Positions 56,148 to 64,000 of a DNA stretch of 64,000 bases are shown here, piece after piece. The DNA is from Bacillota bacterium (lineage in GTDB: Bacteria > Bacillota > Ch66 > Ch109). Position numbers and translations under genes: made by a program. Each line of letters starts with the position of its first letter. Position 1 is the stretch's first letter. The notes below the pieces were generated by a model. The model saw nothing but the letters and a program-made list of their open reading frames with translations, had not been told where the DNA came from and ran no database searches. Where the stretch lies: assembly GCA_050952625.1 (NCBI GenBank), contig JBMNLH010000005.1, forward strand, positions 1 through 64,000, given 5' to 3'.

Positions 56148-56226
56148 GTTAGCGATATAGGTCTTTGAGTACGGAGAACCTAGAATAAATCCCTGACCAA
56201 TCATCAAACATAGGTTAGCGATATAG
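56130..56226 (+). repeat. Perfect 31-bp direct repeat x2 with 35-bp spacer
   Basis: ACCAATCATCAAACATAGGTTAGCGATATAG at 56130-56160 and 56196-56226. Confidence 0.9.
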
Positions 56227-56252
56227 TACCAGTAGAATAGGAGCGTGTATTA

Positions 56253-57404
56253 ATGGAAGATAGCAAACCACGCATCTACCTCTCTCCTCCCCACATGAGC
56301 GGGTATGAGCTGGAGTACATAAAAGAAGCTTTCGAGTCCAACTGGATTGCTCCTTTGGGGCCGCAGGTCAACGCTTTTGAGGCGGAGATGGCGGAGTATG
56401 TGGGGTGCCGTAAGGCCCTGGCGGTCAGTTCCGGCACTGCTGCCATCCATCTGGCTTTACGGCTGTTAGGAGTAGGAGCGGGCGATCTGGTTTTCTGTTC
56501 GTCCCTCACTTTTATCGGTAGTGTTAACCCGGTGCTGTACCAAGGAGCAGTACCGGTTTTTCTTGATTCAGAACCCGAGAGTTGGAACATGTCGCCGGCA
56601 GCCTTGGGCCGGGCTTTTGCCTGGGCTGAGCAAGAGGGGCAACTGCCGAAGGCGGTTATTGTGGTAAACCTGTACGGGCAGAGCGCGGATATGGGGCCGA
56701 TTCTGGAGATTTGCCATGCCTATGGAGTACCAGTGGTGGAGGATGCTGCTGAGTCCCTGGGAGCAACTTATCGGGGAAGAGCGAGCGGCACCTGGGGGAA
56801 ATTCGGGATCTTTTCGTTTAACGGGAACAAGATCATCACTACTTCTGGTGGAGGGATGCTGGTGTCTGATGATGCAGAAGCCCTGGAGAAGGCCCTTTTT
56901 TGGGCGACCCAGGCGCGGGATCCAGCTCCCTGGTACCAGCATACGGAAATGGGCTTTAACTACCGGATGAGTAACATTGTGGCCGCTATCGGTCGGGGTC
57001 AGCTTAAAGTATTAGATCAAAGAGTTCAGGCCCGACGAGAGATTTTTCGCCGCTATGAGGCGGCTTTATCCGGTATAGAGGGGATTAGTTTTATGCCGGA
57101 GATGGCCTCTGGCCGGGCCAACCGGTGGCTGACAGTGATGCTAGTTGACCCGGTGGTGTGTGGGGTCGGAGTGATGGAGATCATTAAAGCTCTGGAAAGC
57201 GAAAACATCGAGTCCCGACCGGTCTGGAAGCCCATGCACCGGCAGCCGTTATTTGCTGGTTGTCAATATTTTACCCACGGCGAGGAAGAAAGCGTCTCTG
57301 ATCGGTTATTTGAGCAAGGGATCTGTCTGCCTTCCGGTTCAAGCCTGAGTCAAGCAGACCAGGAGCGAGTGATCCGAACAATTAAGCAAATGGTTAAAGG
57401 TTAA
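56253..57404 (+). CDS. DegT-family aminotransferase (PglE/EpsN-like)
   Basis: IYLSPPHM, NWIAPLGP, SFNGNKIITTSGGG, ESRPVWKPMH, CLPSGS. Confidence 0.92.
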   Translation: MEDSKPRIYLSPPHMSGYELEYIKEAFESNWIAPLGPQVNAFEAEMAEYVGCRKALAVSSGTAAIHLALRLLGVGAGDLVFCSSLTFIGSVNPVLYQGAVPVFLDSEPESWNMSPAALGRAFAWAEQEGQLPKAVIVVNLYGQSADMGPILEICHAYGVPVVEDAAESLGATYRGRASGTWGKFGIFSFNGNKIITTSGGGMLVSDDAEALEKALFWATQARDPAPWYQHTEMGFNYRMSNIVAAIGRGQLKVLDQRVQARREIFRRYEAALSGIEGISFMPEMASGRANRWLTVMLVDPVVCGVGVMEIIKALESENIESRPVWKPMHRQPLFAGCQYFTHGEEESVSDRLFEQGICLPSGSSLSQADQERVIRTIKQMVKG

Positions 57405-57552
57405 CGACCATATCAGCCATGGGGACGGTTCTTGTGGCCGGCATCGGTGCTTATGCCCTACGGGCACAGGTGATTGGTTGAATTATCAAAGTAATAATCA
57501 AGGCAATAATCAACTATTCATTATCTCGCTTGGATATTTTGGAGGTATTTAG

Positions 57553-58668
57553 TTGCATAGACGGTATGATGCAGTGGTGCTGGGGGGAGGAATTAACGGC
57601 TGCGCGATTGCCCGTAAGCTTTCTCAGGAGGGAATGAGGGTGGTCCTATTGGAAAGAGGGGCGATTGGCGGCGGAACCTCGGCCAATAGTTCCAAACTGA
57701 TCCACGGTGGGCTGCGCTATCTGGAGAATGGACAGTTCGACCTAGTCAAGGAATCACTAAAGGATCGCCAGAGACTAGCCAAGTTGTATCCAGACCTAGT
57801 TAGAATGGTCCCCTTTTATCTGCCAGTCTATCAGGACAGTCTCCGGCCTGGGTGGATGATCCGCTTGGGACTGCTTTTATATGATGCCTTTTCCCGGCAA
57901 CGCGCCTATCATTCTCGAGAGGTCAACAAGAATGCGTTTCTTAATCGGTTCCCCAATATTAAGCCCGAAGGTTTGCGCCGGGTGTATGTTTATTATGACG
58001 GAAAAACCGATGACCAGGAACTGACCCGCCGGCTAGCCTGTGATGCTAGGGAGAACGGAGGAGTGGTGCAGGAGTACTGTTCAGTGAGCGATATCAGCTT
58101 AGCAGATGGGGGTTGGGCGGTTAGTTATACGGATAGTCAAGGGGAACAGCAGCTAAAGGCTCCTCTGTTGATTAATGTTACCGGTCCCTGGATTGATGAG
58201 GTAAACGAACGGTATGGCTTGCCCCATAATTACCGTATCACTCGGGTCAGTGGCATCCATATTGTGATCAATCGGGAACTGGTGCCGGACTGCCTGTTTT
58301 TACAGACCCGCACTAAGCGGATCTTTTTTATGATTCCTTGGCGTGAGGGTAAAACCATTATCGGTACGACCGAACGAGTGGAAAATTGCCCTTGTGATGC
58401 GGTGCAGATTAACGAGTTCGATATCGATTACCTGCTGGCTTGTGCCAATCGTTATTTAAGAAACCCGGTGAATAAAAGCGATATTGTCGACACCTTTTTA
58501 GGGATCAGACCGTTGATTATGGATAAAAGAGTTAAAGACGTCAGTCAGATGAGCCGGGAGTATAAGCTTGACGTGGTGGAATACCAGGGAGCTAAGCTGA
58601 TCCATGTTTTTGGCGGTAAGTTGACCACTTGCCTGAGTATGGCCGAGAAGGTTTGGCGAAGAATTTAG
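57553..58668 (+). CDS. FAD-dependent oxidoreductase, glycerol-3-phosphate dehydrogenase-like (short form)
   Basis: GGGING, GTSANSSKLIHGGLRYLE, GIRPL, GGKLTT; 371 aa, lacks the GlpD C-terminal domain. Confidence 0.8.
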   Translation: MHRRYDAVVLGGGINGCAIARKLSQEGMRVVLLERGAIGGGTSANSSKLIHGGLRYLENGQFDLVKESLKDRQRLAKLYPDLVRMVPFYLPVYQDSLRPGWMIRLGLLLYDAFSRQRAYHSREVNKNAFLNRFPNIKPEGLRRVYVYYDGKTDDQELTRRLACDARENGGVVQEYCSVSDISLADGGWAVSYTDSQGEQQLKAPLLINVTGPWIDEVNERYGLPHNYRITRVSGIHIVINRELVPDCLFLQTRTKRIFFMIPWREGKTIIGTTERVENCPCDAVQINEFDIDYLLACANRYLRNPVNKSDIVDTFLGIRPLIMDKRVKDVSQMSREYKLDVVEYQGAKLIHVFGGKLTTCLSMAEKVWRRI

Positions 58669-58741
58669 GCGGGTGTAAGTATAAACCAGATTCACCATAA
58701 GGAGCAGTGGGGTCGTTGGCTATATTGATAATAAGCAGGTC

Positions 58742-58934
58742 ATGCTGGCTTTGTTTATTTGTATTTTGTATGCTGTCTCGGATGAGGTCCATCAGCTGTT
58801 CGTCCCCGGCTCGGGGTGGACGGCTAAAGGACGTCATCCTAGACAGTGCTGGAGCAGCCATTGGGGTTTGTTTATTATGGCGTTGTTTCCGAAAAAGGCC
58901 GGGTTTTTCTCGGGCATTGCTTAGTGACAAATAG
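58742..58934 (+). pseudogene. vanZ: VanZ-family C-terminal fragment with frameshift
   Basis: LYAVSDEVHQLFVPG followed in another frame by RGGRLKDVILDSAGA. Confidence 0.75.
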
Positions 58935-59145
58935 AGCTTAGATCTGATTATCTTGGGTCCGGTTAGTTTGGCTCAAAGCGAGCAGATGAAGCAGCGTTAG
59001 CCAGGTCCCTTGCTGGAACAGATAGGCATAAAGTTTATTCAGTTCATCAGTGCGCCGATAAAATTGTTTGAATGATAAGTAATAATATGGTAAAATGCGC
59101 TTAAAGGACTGCGTTGCAAAACGAATGCAGGCCGGGAGGTGCAGT

Positions 59146-59742
59146 ATGGTAGTAATTCACATATTGAGAAAGGAGTTTTATAGACGAGGAGGAATCCTGA
59201 AAACTGCGGAGCTTAATGAACTAGGGCTTTCAAGCCGCCAGATAAAAAGGCTTTTAGATGAAGGAGTTATTACAAGGATTAAACGTGGTTTTTACGAGCT
59301 GACGGATTATGTTAGCCGGGAAGAGGTGATTATAGCACGACTATTCCCACAAGCGGTTATATTTCTTGAAAGTGCTCTGTTGCACTATGGTTATACAGAT
59401 CGCATACCGTTAGCATGGCAAATAGCTGTGGACAGATATAGTAAAACAACCCAATATAATATAGATTATCCTTTAATAGAACCTTACTATCTTGAACCAA
59501 AGTTTATAGATATTGGTGTAGATATAATACAGGTAGATGGTGTAAAAGTTAGAATATATGACAGAGACCGCACAATCTGTGATGTCCTTCGTTATGAGAA
59601 AAAGCTAGAGAAAGAAGTATTTAATAATGCAATTGGGCGTTATGTAAAGGACACGATAAAAAATATAAGAAAGCTGTTTGAGTATGCAGAAATATTTAAT
59701 ATAAAGAATAAAGTGCAAACATATGTAGGAGTGTGGTTGTAA
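59146..59742 (+). CDS. abiEi: Type IV TA antitoxin, AbiEi family
   Basis: wHTH GILKTAEL..RIKRGFY, ESALLHYG.TDRIP, YDRDRTICD. Confidence 0.88.
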   Translation: MVVIHILRKEFYRRGGILKTAELNELGLSSRQIKRLLDEGVITRIKRGFYELTDYVSREEVIIARLFPQAVIFLESALLHYGYTDRIPLAWQIAVDRYSKTTQYNIDYPLIEPYYLEPKFIDIGVDIIQVDGVKVRIYDRDRTICDVLRYEKKLEKEVFNNAIGRYVKDTIKNIRKLFEYAEIFNIKNKVQTYVGVWL

Positions 59743-60272
59743 TAGGAAATATTGAAGCTTCAGTCTTAGCAAGACTAAAAAATAAATCAAAAGAACAAGG
59801 TATCCCATTACAGCAACTCTTAAATTTATTTTGCCAAGAGGAATTTATCCGAAGGCTTTCCGTAAGCAACTACAAAGAAAAACTCATTCTTAAAGGCGGT
59901 CTTTTATTATATTCAATTAGTGGATTTACCGCAAGACCGACAGTCGATGCGGATTATCTTTTGAAAAATTATCCTAGCGACCCGGATGCAGTGGGAGATC
60001 TTGTTAAGGAAATAATTTCCTCGCCTAGCAAAAACGATTTTATACAGTTTGAGGTTAGAAGGTTAGAAACTATCAGCGAGATAAGGGAATATCATGGTAT
60101 TAGAGTTAATCTTATGGGGTTTATTGGAAGGACAAAGACCCCTTTTGGTATAGATTTTGGAGTTGATGTTGTCGAAATAATAATTGATTTTCTTCAGCCA
60201 CCATATGAAGCACTGATTCAGGAGGATGAACTATTTAAAAATTGGAACCATAAGGAAAGAAGGTATATTTAA
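59733..60272 (+). pseudogene. abiEii: AbiEii nucleotidyltransferase toxin with apparent in-frame internal deletion (~60167)
   Basis: SVLARLKN, LILKGG, RPTVDAD and IDFG, then jumps directly to the C-terminal DFLQP..W tail; only 179 aa. Confidence 0.72.
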
Positions 60273-60385
60273 TATGAAACAGCTAAATATGCTTTATGTC
60301 GGCTACTTTAACCGAAAGTATAATTTTTTGATTGATTAACAGCAATCGCCCCCCTTTTTAGAAGTAAAGCACGGAACTAAATACA

Positions 60386-60414
60386 ATTGTAGCAGAACAT
60401 ATGTTCTGCTACAA
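60386..60414 (-). promoter_or_regulatory. sigmaA promoter with LexA box; perfect 28-bp palindrome
   Basis: Minus strand TTGTAG-cAGAACATATGTTCTgc(17)-TACAAT; TTGTAGCAGAACAT|ATGTTCTGCTACAA. Confidence 0.75.
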
Positions 60415-60461
60415 AGAATATAAACTGCTTCTGATCCCGATATTTTTGCTTTGATCCAGGT

Positions 60462-60629
60462 TTATTTCGAGGAAGAGGGATATAACGCGTTATTGCCACC
60501 TATTTCCTGGCCCAGGTGGACAATCGCTACCGTGAGTTCGTCTAACTTCTTTTCTACCCGTACGAGCAGAAAGACCGTGACCAGCATCGGAAAGCCGTAG
60601 TTGCCAATCTGGGTCCATAAGGTTTCCAT
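60462..60629 (-). CDS. yvrJ: YvrJ family protein (copy 2)
   Basis: Near-identical to 48963-49130. Confidence 0.88.
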   Translation of the reverse strand: METLWTQIGNYGFPMLVTVFLLVRVEKKLDELTVAIVHLGQEIGGNNALYPSSSK

Positions 60630-61036
60630 AGTCTCACCTCTTTCTGGCTGCTGCATTTGCTGTCATTTTGAGCAGAGCGAAGATCTTGACACCATTGTTT
60701 CCATCTGTCAGCCTGAGTGTCAGCGGAGAGGATTCTTCACTCCGTTCAAAACTATCCTGCGTTGACCGCACCACAATAAGTGAATAATGGTATATTCAAA
60801 GCAATGACAAATACAATGGGTCTGATCCCGGGTCGGGGTCCGGGATCAGCGGGATAAACTTTAATTTAAGCTGGTTATACTCGGCATGGTCTGGTTATTC
60901 TAAGCATGGTTTAGATCTAGGTCCTTTAGAGTTAGTACGTCTAGGTTATGTGTGCCGTCGCTCGGGTATTGTTCCGAGTAAGGGCCTCTTTAGGTAAATC
61001 AAACCCTGAGGATTCAAATCACTGAGGTGGTTTTAG

Positions 61037-61258
61037 CTACTCCGCTTCAAACAACTGCACGGTTTCGCGACTGACGATGCGGGCCTCAATTACCCCCACC
61101 AGGTCCCCAGTGGAACTGGTAAAGATGTTTTTGGCGACAATGGTGTTCATCGCGTTTTGCACGGTCGTAGCGTCCAGGGTTTCCAGCGGATCGTCTAAGG
61201 AGAGGGTTACCCGGCGTCCGCCGGCGGTCCGAAAAACCATCTGTAATTGTTGATTCAT
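61037..61258 (-). CDS. DUF2922 family protein (copy 2)
   Basis: Near-identical to 49520-49741. Confidence 0.85.
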   Translation of the reverse strand: MNQQLQMVFRTAGGRRVTLSLDDPLETLDATTVQNAMNTIVAKNIFTSSTGDLVGVIEARIVSRETVQLFEAE

Positions 61259-61464
61259 TTGCTTTACTCCTTTCTGGCCTAGCCCGTCTGGTGACTAGGA
61301 CTGCCTGCATGGATCCAGGCAGGTCCTTATGACTCTGCCGATCCGCCAGTCAGCGGCGGGTGACTGGGGCGTCTGTGAACCAGGAAGGCCAGGCCGTATA
61401 ATTGGTTTTTTGATTTGGTTAGGTTAGGTTTGATCTGTTTTGAACTGGTCTGGCAATCTGCTGA

Positions 61465-61689
61465 CTACTCGTTTTCCAGACTGAATTCATCAATCCGCTG
61501 CACCGCATTTAAGGTGTGCTGCTGCAGGGACACCAGCAGGTTGGCGACGTCAAAAACGTCCTGATCATCTGCGCTGGGTTTGACGTTGCGGAAGCTCCGA
61601 TTTTTGAGAATCGGGCTGCCCTCCTGATCAAAGCCGGTTTCCAGGGTGATCCGTAAGGTGCTTCCCAGAGGGGTTTCTAAAACTGCCAT
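61465..61689 (-). CDS. DUF1659 family protein (copy 2)
   Basis: Near-identical to 50019-50243. Confidence 0.85.
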   Translation of the reverse strand: MAVLETPLGSTLRITLETGFDQEGSPILKNRSFRNVKPSADDQDVFDVANLLVSLQQHTLNAVQRIDEFSLENE

Positions 61690-61751
61690 TTGGTTTCACC
61701 TCCTTTCGAGGTCTATTGTACGGGGGAAATCAGGATCTGCCAAAGGCCGAA

Positions 61752-61765
61752 CGAACATTAGTTCG
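61752..61765. promoter_or_regulatory. LexA (Cheo) box upstream of DUF1659 copy 2
   Basis: CGAACATTAGTTCG. Confidence 0.7.
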
Positions 61766-62132
61766 GACGGGGGGTGATGATATACCTGGCGAGTTGGGCG
61801 GGAGTCAGGGCGAATTGAAACAGAGGCGGGATGTACCGGTCAGGTCGAGAAGGGATGAGAGAGGCGAGTGGGGTCCGGGGAGGGTTGTTGTAGTTTGAAC
61901 AACCAACCTTTTTATTTTTTATTTTTATATGGAATAATTTAGGTAAAGATGGGTCGCCCAGTTATTTTTAAACAAAGGCGACCCGGTTATAAAGGCAATC
62001 CTGTTTGAATTAGTTGATGAAACCCTGAAGAATAAATTTCCTATATAAATGGGTTAAAATGATTGATTCTTTTTATTGGGGATATTACAATTTCTATAGA
62101 GTTTAATATTATATCAGGTAGGAGGTGATGAA

Positions 62133-63149
62133 GTGAATAGTATTACATCTTTAAACATTGAATTATTAGGAAAATGCCTTTTGGAATGCAGGCATTGTTC
62201 ATCTTCATCTTCCTTCATCCGAAATGATAAACTTGATATCAGGTATATCAAACAATTGCTTATAGAGGGCAGTAGTTTTGGGGCTGGTTACCTCAGCATT
62301 TCTGGGGGGGAACCCTTATTATATGAAGATTTATTTAATGTTTTGACATTAGCCAGGGATTTGAAATATAAGGTAAGAATATATACTTCAGGTATTATTG
62401 GAAACATAGATAGCTTGAAAGCTGTTGATACTCAGTTTCTGCAAAAAATCAAGGCGTTCAATAACGTAGAGGCGATGATTTTTAGTTTACATGCTCCCTC
62501 TGCTGAAATTCATGATTACATAACACAAAGGCCAGGAAGTTTTGATTTTACAGTAGAAGCTATACAGCGCGCTATTGCAGTAGGCTTGGTCACTGAGGTC
62601 CATACTGTGCCGATGAGTGTCAATTATGCTCTCATACCTAAATTGATTCGATTTGCCGAAGAATGTGGGGTATCCGAGCTTTCTTTATTAAGACTAGTTC
62701 CCCAGGGTCGGTGTACAGAGAACAAGCATCTTATAATGAACGGGGCGGAAACTGCACAATTTACTAAATTAGTTAATAAGTTGGATTCTCATGTTTTATC
62801 AATACGCAAAGGGGCTCCTTACAGGTGTTTGTTTTTAAATGAAGCAGGTGTCTGTAGTGCTGGGGTAGATAAACTATTAATTAGTCCGGATGGAAGCGTT
62901 CATCCATGTGAAGCTTTTAAATTTACCGAATCAGATTCTAACATATATGACAAAAGTCTTAAAGAAATATGGGAGACAGACCGCATTTTGAACGAAATAC
63001 GGAATTTGAGCATTGAGCAAATCAATGTATGTAATCAGTGTCCTAACGTAAACAAGTGTTCCGGGGGATGCCCTGGACAGCGGTTGCTTGAATACAAAAA
63101 TGTTTTAATTGGACCGGACCCGATATGTATGGTTAATCCTAAGTTGTAA
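62133..63149 (+). CDS. Radical SAM / SPASM domain protein
   Basis: CLLECRHC (CxxxCxxC), SGGEP, SPASM CSAG..DGSVHPC..CNQC..CSGGC..DPIC; SD AGGAGGTG. Confidence 0.92.
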   Translation: MNSITSLNIELLGKCLLECRHCSSSSSFIRNDKLDIRYIKQLLIEGSSFGAGYLSISGGEPLLYEDLFNVLTLARDLKYKVRIYTSGIIGNIDSLKAVDTQFLQKIKAFNNVEAMIFSLHAPSAEIHDYITQRPGSFDFTVEAIQRAIAVGLVTEVHTVPMSVNYALIPKLIRFAEECGVSELSLLRLVPQGRCTENKHLIMNGAETAQFTKLVNKLDSHVLSIRKGAPYRCLFLNEAGVCSAGVDKLLISPDGSVHPCEAFKFTESDSNIYDKSLKEIWETDRILNEIRNLSIEQINVCNQCPNVNKCSGGCPGQRLLEYKNVLIGPDPICMVNPKL

Positions 63150-63196
63150 GCGGGGTGATTTAAGTCTTTAAATATTTAGAAAAACACGGTGCCGAA

Positions 63197-63458
63197 TTGC
63201 TCTTAATTATATTGTCCGGTATCTTGTTTTATCAAAAGGAAAAAATATTTGGATTTATGGTATTATTCATTTTGATAGCATTTGTGTTTGTAAGATTTGC
63301 CCGTATGAAAGATAACGATGATTTAGATATAAGATCTAATAGCATGTTGACTAATTTTTATGTTAGGACGGCTTTTTTTTTTATTTGTTTTAGTTGGGAT
63401 TGTGTTTTTGGTATATGCGGTCGACGCCATGATTTTGTGGCACTGGTATCCTGATTAA
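63197..63458 (+). CDS. Small membrane protein (T10 tract at 63373-63382 probably shifts the frame)
   Basis: Two TM helices. With T9 the ORF gains a third TM, AFFLFVLVGIVFLVYAV, and ends at TAA 63458. Confidence 0.55.
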
Positions 63459-63479
63459 TATGGCATATGGAGAAGAGTA

Positions 63480-64000
63480 ATGATATTAGCTGGAAGCGAG
63501 CTTGTTAAAAGAGTCAAAAAAGAGAAGATATTTGAAGATACTATTGATTGGCATTGCTTTACCGGTTGGCAATTTGATTTGAAGCTTGGTAAAGAGGCGT
63601 TTATTTCAGATAATAACAAACCGATTATTTTAGGGGAAAATGACTATCTGGTTATTGAACCCGGAACGTTTGCTTTACTTGAGACAGAAGAACGAATAAA
63701 TATGCCTCATGATTTAATGGGGTTTATTGCTGTTAAATTTTCCTTTAAGAAACTTGGATTAGTAAATATTTCAGGTTTTCATGTTGACCCAGGATATAAA
63801 GGTAAACTAATTTTTTCAGTCTATAATGCCGGACCCAATGATATTCTTATGCAGAGAAACAAAGCTGTTTTTATGATCTTTTTTGTTAGTCTGACCAATG
63901 CGCTAGACGAATTTATGGAACAGATAAAATCTGGTTCGAACGATCTTCTGTTAGATGATGGGGAGTTAGAGCTAATTAAATCTAAGGAAGATAAAATTAT
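63480..64000 (+). CDS. dCTP deaminase / trimeric dUTPase-fold protein (runs off window end)
   Basis: Not in the ORF track. Translates MILAGSEL..FDLKLG..IEPGTFALLETEERINMP..GFHVDPGYKGKLIFSVYNAG and stays open to 64000. Confidence 0.85.
   Translation, partial: MILAGSELVKRVKKEKIFEDTIDWHCFTGWQFDLKLGKEAFISDNNKPIILGENDYLVIEPGTFALLETEERINMPHDLMGFIAVKFSFKKLGLVNISGFHVDPGYKGKLIFSVYNAGPNDILMQRNKAVFMIFFVSLTNALDEFMEQIKSGSNDLLLDDGELELIKSKEDKI

Larger units (their letters stand above)
60333..61906 (-). repeat. Copy 2 of the DUF1659-DUF2922-YvrJ cassette (ComK-like gene absent)
   Basis: Direct repeat of 48823-50481. Confidence 0.92.

Noticed and set aside
56130-56226. CRISPR array
   Set aside because: Only two repeats, overlapping a coding end, no palindrome or typical terminal motif, and no cas genes in the window.
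62133-63149. Prokaryotic viperin
   Set aside because: Has a full Cys-rich SPASM domain and lacks recognisable viperin motifs.

Overview
Chromosomal window from a Gram-positive Firmicute (Clostridia-like, judged from SLH proteins, sigmaA promoters, Bacillota-type LexA boxes and YvrJ/DUF2922/DUF1659 genes). Two SLH cell-surface protein genes (0.5-5.1 kb) are followed by a ~52 kb Wzx/Wzy surface-polysaccharide locus (5.8-58.9 kb, + strand). The locus has a Wzz/BY-kinase/PHP-phosphatase module, an internal c-di-GMP-I riboswitch, the WbpA/B/E/D(+I) di-N-acetyl-uronic acid pathway, a legionaminic-acid pathway with extra tailoring enzymes, a PglF/E/D/C-type bacillosamine set with an ACP/FabH/FabG/FabD acylation module, a flippase, two polymerases and glycosyltransferases. 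It is interrupted by an IS4 element (9-bp TSD), an IS256 element (adjacent deletion), an IS3 relic, damaged toxin-antitoxin modules and an HD dNTPase islet. The most unusual feature is a ~1.6 kb antisense DUF1659-DUF2922-YvrJ cassette present twice as direct repeats. Each copy has two LexA boxes and conserved structured spacers, and the first copy also leads into a ComK-like gene. The window ends in a radical SAM/SPASM - membrane protein - dCTP deaminase-like operon. Many genes in the first 34 kb carry single-base frameshifts that look like sequencing errors. All assignments come from motif recognition by eye; no searches were run.
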